Source: a virus (taxonomy: Duplodnaviria > Caudoviricetes). From it: a stretch of 64,000 bases of DNA. The position numbers were made by a program, and so were the translations under genes. Each line of letters starts with the position of its first letter. Position 1 is the stretch's first letter. The notes under the pieces were generated by a model. The model saw only the letters and a program-made list of their open reading frames with translations, was not told the origin of the DNA and ran no database searches. Location of the stretch: positions 1 to 64,000 of IMG/VR virus record IMGVR_UViG_3300038345_000087; one strand, given 5' to 3'. Below, in pieces: positions 29,826 to 40,687 of the stretch.

Positions 29826-30293
29826 TTACTCTTGTGATTTTTCAAGATCCTTTATTCGTGCTTGAATTTCAAATCTGATGTCTGTGAACTCAGCTTGGCT
29901 AAATTCAAAATGATAGATTCGGTTCCCGCTGATAATGCCCATGCGAAGCAGACATCTTAATGCTGTCGCCACATGCTCATCGTAAGGTTCTACAATCTGC
30001 TCAACAGTGTAACCTGTCTCTTTCTGGATGATGAAGTCAATGGCTTTGCAACTCACTAATGTTTCATCGCGGTTCTCGTAGTGGTTATGGTAATCTTCAG
30101 CATACCATAACGCCTTTTGCAGATCTTCACGCTCTTTATCACGGTTGCTACGTCCCATTTCGGTTTTCAGACCAGCTCTCCAGAGATATTTGATGGCACA
30201 GCCAGTGTCAAAGGTGTAGTGCCTAATGATTTCGATGCACTCTATTCCTCCTGGGTGCTTGTTGTAATGGACGGGGTGGTTTACATGCTCCAT
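29826..30293 (-). CDS. DUF3310-like phage protein
   Basis: VNHPVHY..IECIEII..AIKYLWRAGLK..DLQKALWY. Confidence 0.8.
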   Translation of the reverse strand: MEHVNHPVHYNKHPGGIECIEIIRHYTFDTGCAIKYLWRAGLKTEMGRSNRDKEREDLQKALWYAEDYHNHYENRDETLVSCKAIDFIIQKETGYTVEQIVEPYDEHVATALRCLLRMGIISGNRIYHFEFSQAEFTDIRFEIQARIKDLEKSQE

Positions 30294-30314
30294 ATTATTA
30301 TATATTATAGGTGG

Positions 30315-30632
30315 TCATCGCAACTCTAACAGTCCAACCTCCGTCGCTTTCTCGCAAACGAAGATTGCGGGTTCATCCATGTAGTCAACGCCCATAACAT
30401 ACCCCTCTTGTTCCAACCTGTTCAGATAGATGGTTAGTGGGTCGCCTAATGTGCAGGGGTAGGCTTTGAAGAACGTCCGCAAGGCTGTCTCATTGAACGT
30501 CTTTGTTGATAATGCAGCCGAACAGGGTTGATATGTCTTGATGAAGGCAGAAATCTTTTGTTCAATGACAAAATCTTCTAATTTCGTTCCTTGTTCTTCG
30601 GCACCTTCTAACGGGTCTTTTTTCTTTCCCAT
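30315..30632 (-). CDS. Hypothetical protein
   Basis: First gene after minus-strand TACCTTTG promoter near 30659-30666. Confidence 0.6.
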   Translation of the reverse strand: MGKKKDPLEGAEEQGTKLEDFVIEQKISAFIKTYQPCSAALSTKTFNETALRTFFKAYPCTLGDPLTIYLNRLEQEGYVMGVDYMDEPAIFVCEKATEVGLLELR

Positions 30633-30769
30633 ATTGAAAACTGATTAAAAATCCGTTGCAAAGGTAGGTATTTTACAAGAAAAACACAAATAATTTCCGT
30701 TTTTCTTGCAAATTCTCATTAAAAACTCTATCTTTGCGCCAGAAATAACAGATTAAAACAATAAAAACA

Positions 30770-31600
30770 ATGGCGAAATCATATTTTTATTACTCCTGTG
30801 ACATCAATTCAAAGGTTGGAAAGAAACTTCGCTCTTTCCATCATAAAGCGGTGAAGGCTGCGGAGCGTGCCGATGAGTATGCACGCAAATATGGTGCGAC
30901 ATCATACATCCAGCCAGTACAGTTTTTTGAAGGTGGCGTAGATTATCTTGAATTTGAGAAGGAACCAGATGCTCGTATCTGGCGCAAACGCTTTAATGCA
31001 GACAATCGTGCTCAGTATGAGCCGAATTGTATGTATCGACCAGAAATCCTTGTTCTTCCTGATGAGCGTTTCCAACCTTCTGATACATGGAATCGTACTT
31101 TTTCGCGTGAACATCTTTCTTGGGAACAGGTCAAACGTCGCTTTCCTCTGTCTTATTGGGCGCGTGCATTAAAATATGAGTTGACGGGCGATAAGGAGAA
31201 AGATATGGAGGCAGTAGAAGTAAAACTGAAGGACTGCTCCTTTGTGCCTTTCATAGAGTTTTATGGAGAAACTGAGAAGGATTCTGATGGTTCCAAAAAG
31301 GGAAAGAAGTCTGTACCAAACTATCTTCGTCGTGCTATACAAGCGGAAAAGGATCGTCAGGCTTTGCCGGTAGTTGAAACGGAATGGCTTTTTGCTCTTC
31401 TTGATATGGCAGATATTCCTACAGATCCAGACGAACGAAAGGCGTATCTTTCTAATGTGGAAACACCTATTTTCTTCCTTTATGCTTATGAGACCTATTA
31501 CATACGTTGCCAGTGTCCTTGCAATGCTGAAGGTCTCCATGCTATTACTATTGTTGACTTTAACGGGAAAAAACGATATGCACTAAAAAAGGAGGCATGA
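30770..31600 (+). CDS. Hypothetical protein
   Basis: 276-aa ORF after TATCTTTG, divergent from the minus-strand operon. Confidence 0.7.
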   Translation: MAKSYFYYSCDINSKVGKKLRSFHHKAVKAAERADEYARKYGATSYIQPVQFFEGGVDYLEFEKEPDARIWRKRFNADNRAQYEPNCMYRPEILVLPDERFQPSDTWNRTFSREHLSWEQVKRRFPLSYWARALKYELTGDKEKDMEAVEVKLKDCSFVPFIEFYGETEKDSDGSKKGKKSVPNYLRRAIQAEKDRQALPVVETEWLFALLDMADIPTDPDERKAYLSNVETPIFFLYAYETYYIRCQCPCNAEGLHAITIVDFNGKKRYALKKEA

Positions 31601-31671
31601 TAGCCTCCTTTGCCTTCGTCCTTGGGTGCTTGGCCGCGCTCCTCTTGATGCTTTCAAGAGGGGCGTTTCTA

Positions 31672-32433
31672 TTAGTCTTTTCGCCCGTCATCTTCCGCTA
31701 CAATGTCGTAGCGTGCGCCTTCTCCATGCCTCGTTTGTGCGTATAGTTTGGATAACTCAGTGTTTTGCCGTTCTATAATATCCATAAGGCGATTACGCTC
31801 GGCATCAAATCCAGCTTGACAGTCTCGACGTATGCGGTCCTCTCGGTCGTGGTGCTCTCGCTCCATCTGGCGCATTTCGTTGGCATGGTCTAACTTCAGA
31901 CGTAGAATTTGCTCAGTAATGGGCATGGATGCCGATGTGCTGGCGGGTTCTCCTGTTGGTTCCTCTGTCTCAATGTCCCGTTGTCTGTCATCTTGCTCGC
32001 TTCCAAGTTCCCTGATTGCGATGTCTTGAAGTCGTTGCTGTTCTTCCTGACGTTTCAAACCTTCTGCAACAGCTTGTGCCTGGTGCGGAGAGGTTACGGT
32101 TCGGTCTTTGATGCGTGTCTCTACTATTCCGCGTCCGCGCCCTTCTTTGATACCGTAGCCGTCAGTTGGTAAGATCTGGCTGTGTCGGTCGGGTAGGGGA
32201 GGACGTACTTCTACGGGCAGTCCATCCCCATCATAGAAGAATCCGTCCAAGGGAATGTTGTAGAAGTTACACATGCGAAGCATGGCTGTTACATGGACGG
32301 GCACTTTCCCGTCTAACCATTTGTTTAGCGACACATAGTCGCCACATCCAAGAGCCTCCAGGAGGTCTTTCTTGACTAATTTGTGGCTTTCCATGAACTC
32401 ACGGAGGTAGCCATAATTGTACGACAAATCCAT
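31672..32433 (-). CDS. XRE-type helix-turn-helix regulator (repressor-like)
   Basis: LVKKDLLEALGCGDYVSLNKWLDG..LRMCNFYNIPLDGFF; divergent from the replication operon. Confidence 0.65.
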   Translation of the reverse strand: MDLSYNYGYLREFMESHKLVKKDLLEALGCGDYVSLNKWLDGKVPVHVTAMLRMCNFYNIPLDGFFYDGDGLPVEVRPPLPDRHSQILPTDGYGIKEGRGRGIVETRIKDRTVTSPHQAQAVAEGLKRQEEQQRLQDIAIRELGSEQDDRQRDIETEEPTGEPASTSASMPITEQILRLKLDHANEMRQMEREHHDREDRIRRDCQAGFDAERNRLMDIIERQNTELSKLYAQTRHGEGARYDIVAEDDGRKD

Positions 32434-32672
32434 AGTTTCGTCTGACTGAGATTAAAACAATTATTTTTAAGTTTATTTAACTATTGAATCGGATTTTTCG
32501 CGAGTTTGTTCGCAAGATTAAAACCTTCTTCATTTTATTATACGAAATGCAAAATTATATTAAATCCACGTTAAAATGTTAAATCTGAAAAGAAAATCAG
32601 AATAAAACCTTGTTTTTACAAAATAAATATCTTACCTTTGCACAAAATTACGCAAAATTATTGGATTAACAA

Positions 32673-33156
32673 TATGATTTCAGCATTATTAACAGCCCCG
32701 CGAACACATTTGAACTGTGATGATCTAACCCCTAATCAGAAGGTTCTACTGTATGACATCATGCAGCGACATGAAGCCACCAAGGGCTTCGCTTACGATC
32801 GCTTCTTCAAAGAAGGATTTGACCCTTGGGAAATGATGGGTGTCGATGCGATTAAACGCTCTTTTCTTACTGAACATGCAACTGACATCTTCCCCGAACA
32901 CACAGATGGGGTAGAAGCTCTTATCAATGACATCATTGTGCTGTCTGGTGAGTTCTGGCGCACGTTGGGTAGAATCCCTGGACTGAAAAAGGACTTTAAG
33001 GAATACATGGCTTCGCTCTCGATGTGCGAAACAGCAGTAGTAGCGAATTTTACTACCGACAATTTCCGTGAGTTCCAGCGCATCGGCATCAATGCCATCA
33101 TCAGTGAGTTCGAGAGAGAGGTAGCAGCTCTCCCTGGCGGGGGAGGTGAAGAATGA
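32673..33156 (+). CDS. Hypothetical protein
   Basis: First gene after TACCTTTG (32633-32640). Confidence 0.6.
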
Positions 33157-33165
33157 TGTGAAGCC

Positions 33166-33540
33166 ATGAAGTTCCGCGATAAACGACACAGGGACAAACG
33201 CCGCCACATCCTGATAGCGGCCACTATCGACTATCGGGGTGAAAATGACGACATCCTGACATTCGTTTTTCGAGGTGCTTCCGTGGATCTGATGACCAAG
33301 GTGTTTACCTATCTCATTGGAAAGGGACACGGCATAGCCTCCGCTGCTAAGGTCATAGAAGAACATGACATTATCAGGCGTAACGGGAAAGGATATTGGC
33401 GTGTGGCAGTTGAACTTCGGGAACCTAATTTCGATTTTTGTTCGCTCCCTGACATGCAGATCCTTATTGAAGCGATAATCCGCCGCCTTCACCCTGCTAC
33501 CGTCCATTGGCTCACGCTGGATAAGTTTTTGAATGTATAA
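33166..33540 (+). CDS. Hypothetical protein
   Basis: 124-aa ORF. Confidence 0.6.
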   Translation: MKFRDKRHRDKRRHILIAATIDYRGENDDILTFVFRGASVDLMTKVFTYLIGKGHGIASAAKVIEEHDIIRRNGKGYWRVAVELREPNFDFCSLPDMQILIEAIIRRLHPATVHWLTLDKFLNV

Positions 33541-33561
33541 TATATAATAATGTGTTAAGAC

Positions 33562-34227
33562 ATGAAAATTATTGATGTAACATTAGATCTCGAAACATTA
33601 TCATTGGCCGCGAATGCAGCCGTGCTTCAAGTGGCTGCGGTGGCGGCTGACAGATATGCAGAAGCACCTCTAAGCATCTTTCCGCATGACATCGTTCCTT
33701 TCGAGGCAAAGGTTGATTTGCGCTCTTGCGCAATGGAGGGGTTTGATTTTGACAATGAGACGCTAAAGTGGTGGGCTGATAAACCAAAAGCTCTTCGTGA
33801 TGTGATGGCTTCAGGTGATTGTTATCCTATTGATGAGGTTTTTCAGCAATTCTCAACGTGGATTGGTGAGGTAAAACAATATACTGGTGCGGATGACATT
33901 ATGCTTTGGGCGCAAGGATCAGACATGGATATAGCCATCTTACGTCATGTATTCCGGCATTTCAATATGGAATTGCCTTGTAAGTACTGGAACTTCCGCG
34001 ATGCACGTACTTTCATCATAGAAGTGGTGAATAGCATCCATTATCCTGCATCTAACGCTGGTCTTGAAGATCATAAGAAGGTGTATGACGTTTTGCCTCA
34101 GATGCCAGAGAATGCCGCTTTTGGCGGTGAAGCTCATAACGCTATCTATGATGCTGCTCGTACCGCATGGAATGTGTGTCATGTGTTCAAGCTATTGAAG
34201 GAAATGGCCGCAAGACCAGTTTCCTGA
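33562..34227 (+). CDS. DEDDh 3'-5' exonuclease
   Basis: LDLETL, WAQGSDMD, FRDART, HNAIYDA. Confidence 0.85.
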   Translation: MKIIDVTLDLETLSLAANAAVLQVAAVAADRYAEAPLSIFPHDIVPFEAKVDLRSCAMEGFDFDNETLKWWADKPKALRDVMASGDCYPIDEVFQQFSTWIGEVKQYTGADDIMLWAQGSDMDIAILRHVFRHFNMELPCKYWNFRDARTFIIEVVNSIHYPASNAGLEDHKKVYDVLPQMPENAAFGGEAHNAIYDAARTAWNVCHVFKLLKEMAARPVS

Positions 34228-34253
34228 ATGTGTTTCATTAGTTCTGTCATAGC

Positions 34254-37200
34254 ATGATATACGACCCATTCATCGACGAATTGGCGGCACTTCCGCTGAC
34301 TCTCCTTGTTTCTCCAGCTGACCAACAGACGGAGGAGGGACAAACGGCGTGTTGGTGCCCATTCTGCAAGGCTCCATCGGACACACCGCATTTCATCATA
34401 TACCAACATCGGCGCGGTGGTCTTTATGGTCGCCCCGTCGAGAAATGGATGTGTACCAAAACGCATCGCTCTGGCTATGGGGCAATAGAATTATATGCAG
34501 CCATTCATGGATATGGGTACTGGTGGAAGAAAGACAGTTATGCGCCATCAACATTTATATGTTCTGGTGAAGATCTGCGTCGAACATGTCTTGAGTTGGC
34601 AGAGAAAGCAGGGCATACTCGCGATGAAATAACGGAGAAATGGCCCGCTCTATGCAGACGTGATTACCGTGAAGTGGCTGTTAGACCACAAGAGGCTTTG
34701 ACGTTTGAGCCAAAGACAGATTTCACTCCGCAAGATTTGGCCGCGCTTGGATGTACGACGTGGCTTTCTAAGGATGGAGTGGAACAATATGGTTTTGACA
34801 CACAGAACAAAGAATCGGCATGGCATTTTCATCCTTCACAACTGCAAAAGGATTTCCATGTCTATGCCGTTGCTCGCGTCACACTGCCCGCTGTCTCTCG
34901 TCAGGGTACGGAACAGTCTGAAGTCTTGGTGAGCACGCCTTGGAATCCTATCTTCGTCTGTCTTGCTGATGACGAAAAAGAGGATTGCGGTTCAGTATTT
35001 TTCCCTGCGAATGACAACATTCATCCGATGGTATTCTCCACTACCGACGAACATACACCGGCTAAAGTGTCACGGTGGTTGGCAGGAGATCGCACGTTTA
35101 CACGAGCTGTGGAATTGCGTACCAGCGATAACACTGGCGTACATGCGGCCATTAAAGAGGTGGATGCGTCTGAGGATTATGTAACGGAAAAACAAGTGTG
35201 GAGTGAAGAAACTACGGAAAGTGGTAAGACGAAGGCGGAACAGGTGACGATGGAAATAAAGGAAAAGGATATCCGCGCTAAGGCTATCGTATATTGTACG
35301 TCTGCTCAGGATGCTATTAGTACTTATTATCACCTCAAAGCTCTTCGCCACACCTATCCGACTCAGTTTGGATCACGTTGGTTCCACGTCTGTTTCCCGT
35401 ATGGTGATGTGCCATTTTCTCCTGTTCATTACAATAAGATGCACCGATTCGCGGATAGTATCTATACCCTATTCCCTTCCACAACCAAGGCCCTCTTGCG
35501 TGCTCGCGATATCAGTTGTCGCTATCGTGACATCCTTCGCGCAGAATTGCCTCCATCTATTCAGGACCGCGCACACCTCTTCTTTGCACGTCTTTTCTGT
35601 CGCCCTGTTAGTTCTCCACGTGATTTCTTCCTGGCCTACGACATGCTTCCACGTGAAGCATCGCAGTATGATGGTGACATCAATCGCCTCTTCTCCTCTT
35701 GTGTTACTTCGGCTCTCTGCTCAGATCCTTTTGAGCGTAAGGAGAAACGCGACAAGAATGGTGTAGTGAAGGAGGTCTTTTATACTATCAATCCAGCGAC
35801 ATTATGGGAGTTTATGGCTTCGGCTGGTTACGCCCGCGATGTTCGTCCCGACGAACCTGATAAAATTGGCCGTTTCGTTCACATCGATGGTCCATTTGCG
35901 GATGAGCTTGATTCTGCTTCGATGGTACAGGCAACTATCGAGAAACTGAAGGAGTATGCTCGTCAGGTGAACGATGAACGATGCACACCCGATGAATATG
36001 AAAAAATGGTGCAAGCGGTTCTGCGTGCCAATAAGGAAATCAACGAAAAGACAATAGCATCCCTGCCATCCGTTAAGTTGAACTATACGGGTGGTTATGG
36101 CCGGCACATCGATCATTTCTTCTACGAAAACGGTGTCCTTCGCATTACTGACACGGAAATATCACTTCATTCTTACGATGATATTGATTTCAATGTTGAA
36201 CGATCTGAGTTGTTGCATTGGAATATAACTCCATACAAGAATCTCCCATTTGAGATTTCTGAGAATCCTGAATATCGCAAACGTCTTGAAGCCATCCAAC
36301 AGAAACGAAACGAGAAGGATGACCTTGGTAAACCGCTTTACACACTCCAGCAGCTTGCGACACAAGAGAATGAATTGGCATTGTGGGCACAGTCACATAG
36401 GTGGATTGTGGACTGGCACGGTAAGGCTGAAAACGAATTGTGGCCACCGCTTCGTGTTATCCGTGGATTTGCTAACGAGGAATGGGAACGTGAACAGGAA
36501 CTTTTGCATGATGGCCGTCAATTCTCTTCTGAGGAACAGATGGAACTTGACTGTCGTTTTGCCAATCTCATTTTTTGCCTTGGTCGTATGCTTTGGAGGT
36601 ATCGTGATAGCAAGTCAAACTGTATCAGTTATCTTATAGAGAATGTTGTAAGTGCTGCTAATCGCGCAGAAGGTGGTTCGGGTAAATCGACCTTCGTTCG
36701 TGTGTTCGCTGGTTGTGCTGCTCACATCTTGAATGTAAACGGGCGCGACTTGATTACATCCAAGGAGTTTTCTGCGAATCTTGCGGAATATCAGCATCAC
36801 AAACACCGAATAGTGCATTGGGAGGATGTGGATGCTTCTCTTGATTTTGGAAAACTATACAACTTGACCACGGGCGATTTCTCTGTTCGTTACATGTATA
36901 AGGATAGAATTACTATCCCGCTATCGGAGGGACCTGGCCATGTGGTGACTTCTAACTACCCGCTTCACGACCTCGATGACTCTACTATGCGTCGTGTTTG
37001 TCTTGGTGGTTTTTCACATCGCTTTTGTGGCCAAAACATTATGAAGAATAAGGCTGCCCGCTATATTAGCGATATTATGCCTGACTTCAATGCTGTATCT
37101 CCCGAAAAGTTATCTGCGGCATCACGTAATCAGATAGCCATGATTTGCGCCCTCGCGGTGCAGTTTGTCATGCGCTATGATGAAAAAGTGGATGCACAGA

Positions 37201-37892
37201 AGAAATACATGGAGGAACGCACCCTCACACAGTCGCTCGGCGAAGCCTTCTTGCGATTTGCACGTGTGTTCTTCGCTCAGGAGAATATATATGGTGTGCC
37301 TATCGATCTTGATTCGATGCTGGAAGAATACAAACTCTATTATGCCCAGGCATCGAAGAACAAAGAGGATAGTTTTTCTCCAAAGGCGTTCCGCCGTCGT
37401 ATAATGGATTACTGCGAGACAGCGGGCATACAGATGAACCCGCAACAACTGTTCAAGAAAGCGGATGGCAAAGTCCTGAAGAAGGCGGAACAGACGGGTT
37501 ATTTCGCTCATCAGGCTTGGTGTACCCGTCGTTATTTCGATGGCCGTGAATGGGCGGATGACACCACTATACAGCCTAAGTCTATCCGTGAATTGACACG
37601 AACGGAGCACGCTGTGTATTTCTATCGAACAGGTAAGGACACCATTCCAGCGAATAATGATGAATTGATGACGGCTTATCAGAAGTTCCTCACTATTCCA
37701 GATCCATCACCTATTACTGATGACCAGGGAAATCCTGTTATACTTACTCAGGAAGAGCAAGACCGTTGGCGTAACTATTTGGATTCTCGCCAGAGAAAAC
37801 GCACGGTGGCACCCGTCACTCCGGCTACTCCAACGACTGTTACGGCGACGGCTGCTGTGCCTACGGATGACCAGGCAGATCTACCATTCTAA
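34254..37892 (+). CDS. Large primase/helicase-like replication protein
   Basis: N-terminal CPFC Zn motif, Walker A EGGSGKST, Walker B IVHWED, sensor VTSN (SF3-like); ends DLPF. Confidence 0.75.
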   Translation: MIYDPFIDELAALPLTLLVSPADQQTEEGQTACWCPFCKAPSDTPHFIIYQHRRGGLYGRPVEKWMCTKTHRSGYGAIELYAAIHGYGYWWKKDSYAPSTFICSGEDLRRTCLELAEKAGHTRDEITEKWPALCRRDYREVAVRPQEALTFEPKTDFTPQDLAALGCTTWLSKDGVEQYGFDTQNKESAWHFHPSQLQKDFHVYAVARVTLPAVSRQGTEQSEVLVSTPWNPIFVCLADDEKEDCGSVFFPANDNIHPMVFSTTDEHTPAKVSRWLAGDRTFTRAVELRTSDNTGVHAAIKEVDASEDYVTEKQVWSEETTESGKTKAEQVTMEIKEKDIRAKAIVYCTSAQDAISTYYHLKALRHTYPTQFGSRWFHVCFPYGDVPFSPVHYNKMHRFADSIYTLFPSTTKALLRARDISCRYRDILRAELPPSIQDRAHLFFARLFCRPVSSPRDFFLAYDMLPREASQYDGDINRLFSSCVTSALCSDPFERKEKRDKNGVVKEVFYTINPATLWEFMASAGYARDVRPDEPDKIGRFVHIDGPFADELDSASMVQATIEKLKEYARQVNDERCTPDEYEKMVQAVLRANKEINEKTIASLPSVKLNYTGGYGRHIDHFFYENGVLRITDTEISLHSYDDIDFNVERSELLHWNITPYKNLPFEISENPEYRKRLEAIQQKRNEKDDLGKPLYTLQQLATQENELALWAQSHRWIVDWHGKAENELWPPLRVIRGFANEEWEREQELLHDGRQFSSEEQMELDCRFANLIFCLGRMLWRYRDSKSNCISYLIENVVSAANRAEGGSGKSTFVRVFAGCAAHILNVNGRDLITSKEFSANLAEYQHHKHRIVHWEDVDASLDFGKLYNLTTGDFSVRYMYKDRITIPLSEGPGHVVTSNYPLHDLDDSTMRRVCLGGFSHRFCGQNIMKNKAARYISDIMPDFNAVSPEKLSAASRNQIAMICALAVQFVMRYDEKVDAQKKYMEERTLTQSLGEAFLRFARVFFAQENIYGVPIDLDSMLEEYKLYYAQASKNKEDSFSPKAFRRRIMDYCETAGIQMNPQQLFKKADGKVLKKAEQTGYFAHQAWCTRRYFDGREWADDTTIQPKSIRELTRTEHAVYFYRTGKDTIPANNDELMTAYQKFLTIPDPSPITDDQGNPVILTQEEQDRWRNYLDSRQRKRTVAPVTPATPTTVTATAAVPTDDQADLPF

Positions 37893-37922
37893 ACTCAAAT
37901 ATAAATAAAATTGTAAATTACA

Positions 37923-38522
37923 ATGGCTCGTTATCGAAATTCACAAGACCTTGGCGTGTTCATCGGAGCACGTTTTATCGCGCCTACCTTTGAGGAGGGC
38001 GGTAAACCTATCCGTGGAATTTTTATTCCAGTGGATATTAACGGTATTGAAGTGCAACAGGATAGCCGTGAGGAGGGTAAACGCAACGCCTCTGGCATTC
38101 GTGCATTTATTAACACACAGCAACGTAGTTGTAACCCGAAGTACATCGAAGCTGTGAAGCAGTCTCTTCAACGTAAGGGAGAGGAAATAACACTTTATAA
38201 TGTGCCGGCTTATCAGGTATGTTATACGTTGCCAGAAGAGAAACGCGCACGCATTCGTGCCTCTCTTGCAAAGCGTTTGATTGCACAGCATCCCGAATGG
38301 GCGAACCAGACGGACACGCAAGGTACAGAGTTGGCTCGCGCAATCTCGATGATGATGCCCTTCCAGATGGGCGACTCCTACTTGATGGAGGACAACAACA
38401 ATGCGGCTCCCCGCAATTCTTCTGCTCCTATTGCTCAGGGTGTTGCTGGTTATACGGCACAACAGGCCGACCCGTTTGACCAGGATGCCTTTGCTTCCGA
38501 TGATTCTGATTTGCCATTCTAA
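37923..38522 (+). CDS. SSB-like protein
   Basis: Acidic tail DDSDLPF; located between helicase and clamp. Confidence 0.6.
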   Translation: MARYRNSQDLGVFIGARFIAPTFEEGGKPIRGIFIPVDINGIEVQQDSREEGKRNASGIRAFINTQQRSCNPKYIEAVKQSLQRKGEEITLYNVPAYQVCYTLPEEKRARIRASLAKRLIAQHPEWANQTDTQGTELARAISMMMPFQMGDSYLMEDNNNAAPRNSSAPIAQGVAGYTAQQADPFDQDAFASDDSDLPF

Positions 38523-38533
38523 ATTCTTGATAT

Positions 38534-39673
38534 ATGAAATACAGTATTTCATCCCGCGAACTCCGCTCTGTGTTGGATGCGGTTCGTAAAGTAATTTTGA
38601 AGCGAAACACGCTTCCAGTGCTTGATAATGCTCTTATCTCTTATCGCGATGAGCGTTTCTTCGTTACGGGTTCATCCGTAGAAAACACGCTGACGATGCC
38701 TATTGACTTGCGTCCGCTGGATAAGGACCCGTTCGTCCCCTTCTGCATCGATGTGACAAACCTCACGGCGATTCTTGCTACACTGCCAGAACAGCCCATT
38801 GAACTGTCGGTGAACCCTGACACCTTCTTAACGACATTGAAATATCAGGGTGGAGAGTTCAACATCCCCGCCTATGACGGAAAGGAGTACCCGCTGCCGA
38901 AACCTATCACTCAGGTGGCAGTGGCATTCTCTGCTCCTACGAACATTCTTCTGCCGGCTATGAGATCGGCATTGAATGTGACTTCAGAGGATGAACTGCG
39001 TCCTCAGATGTCGGCTGTGGCTTTGGATGTATCTTCAGAAGGTATCACATTCGTTGGTACGAATGGTAAGATGCTGTATAAGTATGAATGGACGCATGGT
39101 ATGCCTTTCCTGACTGAAGGCCAACCGGCCATTGTTCTCTTCCCGCGTACTGTAATCAATGCGATGGATGCTCCTTTCTCTAAGGTGGAGGAGATTTCTG
39201 TTCGCTCAGATGGCCGTCAAGTAGAGGTGACGGCTGGCGATGTGTCCTTCTCCATCCGTTCCGTGGAAGGGCGTTATCCGAATTATAACAGCGTCATCCC
39301 GAAGGATAACCCTTACCATGTCACGTTGCCTGTGAAGGATCTGATGAACACCATTCGTCGTGTTTCGATGGTGGCTTCAGACAACTCAAAGTTGATTGCA
39401 CTGCGCCGCACAGACCTTTTCCTTCAAATGACTGCGGATGATGTTGACTTCTCTCGTTCTGCTCACGAGGAGTTGTCAATGGATGACTGCACGCTTCCAG
39501 AAGGCTTTGCCATCGGTCTCAACTATCCATGTTTGCTGACCCTTCTCTCGGCTATCTCTACGGAAAAAGTGCGTATTGAACTGTCTGCTCCAGAACGTCC
39601 TCTTATCTTGAAGGAGGATGCCAACAACTCTACCCTTCTTGAACTGCTGATGCCGATGGCTCTCAACACATGA
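38534..39673 (+). CDS. dnaN: DNA polymerase III beta sliding clamp
   Basis: NTLPVLDN, DELRPQM, VGTNGKML, EGRYPNYNSVIP, LLMPM. Confidence 0.92.
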   Translation: MKYSISSRELRSVLDAVRKVILKRNTLPVLDNALISYRDERFFVTGSSVENTLTMPIDLRPLDKDPFVPFCIDVTNLTAILATLPEQPIELSVNPDTFLTTLKYQGGEFNIPAYDGKEYPLPKPITQVAVAFSAPTNILLPAMRSALNVTSEDELRPQMSAVALDVSSEGITFVGTNGKMLYKYEWTHGMPFLTEGQPAIVLFPRTVINAMDAPFSKVEEISVRSDGRQVEVTAGDVSFSIRSVEGRYPNYNSVIPKDNPYHVTLPVKDLMNTIRRVSMVASDNSKLIALRRTDLFLQMTADDVDFSRSAHEELSMDDCTLPEGFAIGLNYPCLLTLLSAISTEKVRIELSAPERPLILKEDANNSTLLELLMPMALNT

Positions 39674-39679
39674 GAGACC

Positions 39680-39775
39680 ATGCCTGATAGTGCGCCCGCT
39701 GGTTCATCTGGCGGGTGCCTTTCAGTCTCATTGGATTCTTCACCACCATTAGTGCTGATTGAATATGAATTGTAA
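39680..39775 (+). CDS. Mini-ORF 0 of the IEY array (31 aa, probably degenerate)
   Basis: MPDSAPAGSSGGCLSVSLDSSPPLVLIEYEL*. Confidence 0.45.
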   Translation: MPDSAPAGSSGGCLSVSLDSSPPLVLIEYEL

Positions 39776-40076
39776 ACTGGCAAAATTCTATGAATACGGC
39801 TCTACCTCATATTATGTGACAGGTGATGGTAGGGTGTTGAGTACACGGAATCCTGACCTCCCAATGGATTCTTGGCACGAGATAGCATCTTTCAACGGTA
39901 AGGGCTATCGTCGTGTGCGCATCCAGCGAAAGAACTTCAAGGTGCATCGTTTGGTGGCTGAAGCCTTTGTGCCAAACCCCGACAATCTCCCTCATGTTCT
40001 TCATATAGATGGCGACCGCTGTAATAATCATTATACAAATCTCGAATGGTCCGCGTCCCAATCCAATCACCAATAA
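39765..40076 (+). CDS. HNH endonuclease (NUMOD4/HNH_3-like)
   Basis: GYRRVRI..KVHRLVAEAFVPNP..HIDGDRCNNHYTNLEW. Confidence 0.85.
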   Translation: MNCKLAKFYEYGSTSYYVTGDGRVLSTRNPDLPMDSWHEIASFNGKGYRRVRIQRKNFKVHRLVAEAFVPNPDNLPHVLHIDGDRCNNHYTNLEWSASQSNHQ

Positions 40077-40207
40077 TCCTTGGCTACTATTCTCCTTCGC
40101 AGAATGGTGTTGTGGTCTCTCCATACGGTATCGCGTTATGCCTTGCAGGGGGGGGTAAAGGACATGATACGGACAAACCTAAAATTCTCATAGAGTATGA
40201 TGTGTAA
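40046..40207 (+). CDS. TRD-like mini-protein 1 (53 aa), G8 in frame (ON)
   Basis: ..SPSQNGVVVSPYGIALCLAGGGKGHDTDKPKILIEYDV*; G8 at 40148-40155. Confidence 0.7.
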   Translation: MVRVPIQSPIILGYYSPSQNGVVVSPYGIALCLAGGGKGHDTDKPKILIEYDV

Positions 40208-40346
40208 TGGTGTGGTCATTCTGGTGCTCGGTTCACTCCAGCCGCACGCAGCTGTGGTCAACGTAGTAGGGGGGGGTAATTTCATCCCTTGCTTAGGAAC
40301 AACAGATTTCGGACTTCCAAAATTGGTGATAGAATATGATGTTTAG
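40197..40346 (+). CDS. TRD-like mini-protein 2 (49 aa), G8 in frame (ON)
   Basis: ..GSLQPHAAVVNVVGGGNFIPCLGTTDFGLPKLVIEYDV*; G8 at 40269-40276. Confidence 0.7.
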   Translation: MMCNGVVILVLGSLQPHAAVVNVVGGGNFIPCLGTTDFGLPKLVIEYDV

Positions 40347-40526
40347 TATAACGAATATAGGCGCATTCCGCGTAACGAGGGGGGGGGGCAAATCTGTCCT
40401 ATCAATGTCACGCTTGATGGCTGTGCTGCTACCATCACTACACGTTATGGCGCAATGGACTATTCCAACATCATCAGTTTCGGCCATTTTCCTATGACGG
40501 CTTGTTTATTGGAGTATGATTTATAA
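40336..40526 (+). CDS. TRD-like mini-protein 3, G10 out of frame (OFF; G8 or G11 = ON)
   Basis: MMFSITNIGAFRVTRGG, G10 at 40379-40388, then QICPINVTLDGCAATITTRYGAMDYSNIISFGHFPMTACLLEYDL*. Confidence 0.7.
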
Positions 40527-40687
40527 GATAATAGGTTGGTCCCGCGATGCAGTAGGCAGGGTGGTATGTTATCACTTAAAGGACATCTGCAACACACTTA
40601 CCACCTTTGTAGGGGGGTAAATTTAAGGACTCAAAAACAGACCTCGGCAATACTACGCCTTATGTCTTTATAGAATATGAATTGTAA
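40516..40687 (+). CDS. TRD-like mini-protein 4, G6 out of frame (OFF; G5 or G8 = ON)
   Basis: MIYKIIGWSRD..ICNTLTTFVGG stop at 40618; the shifted frame gives KFKDSKTDLGNTTPYVFIEYEL*. Confidence 0.7.
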
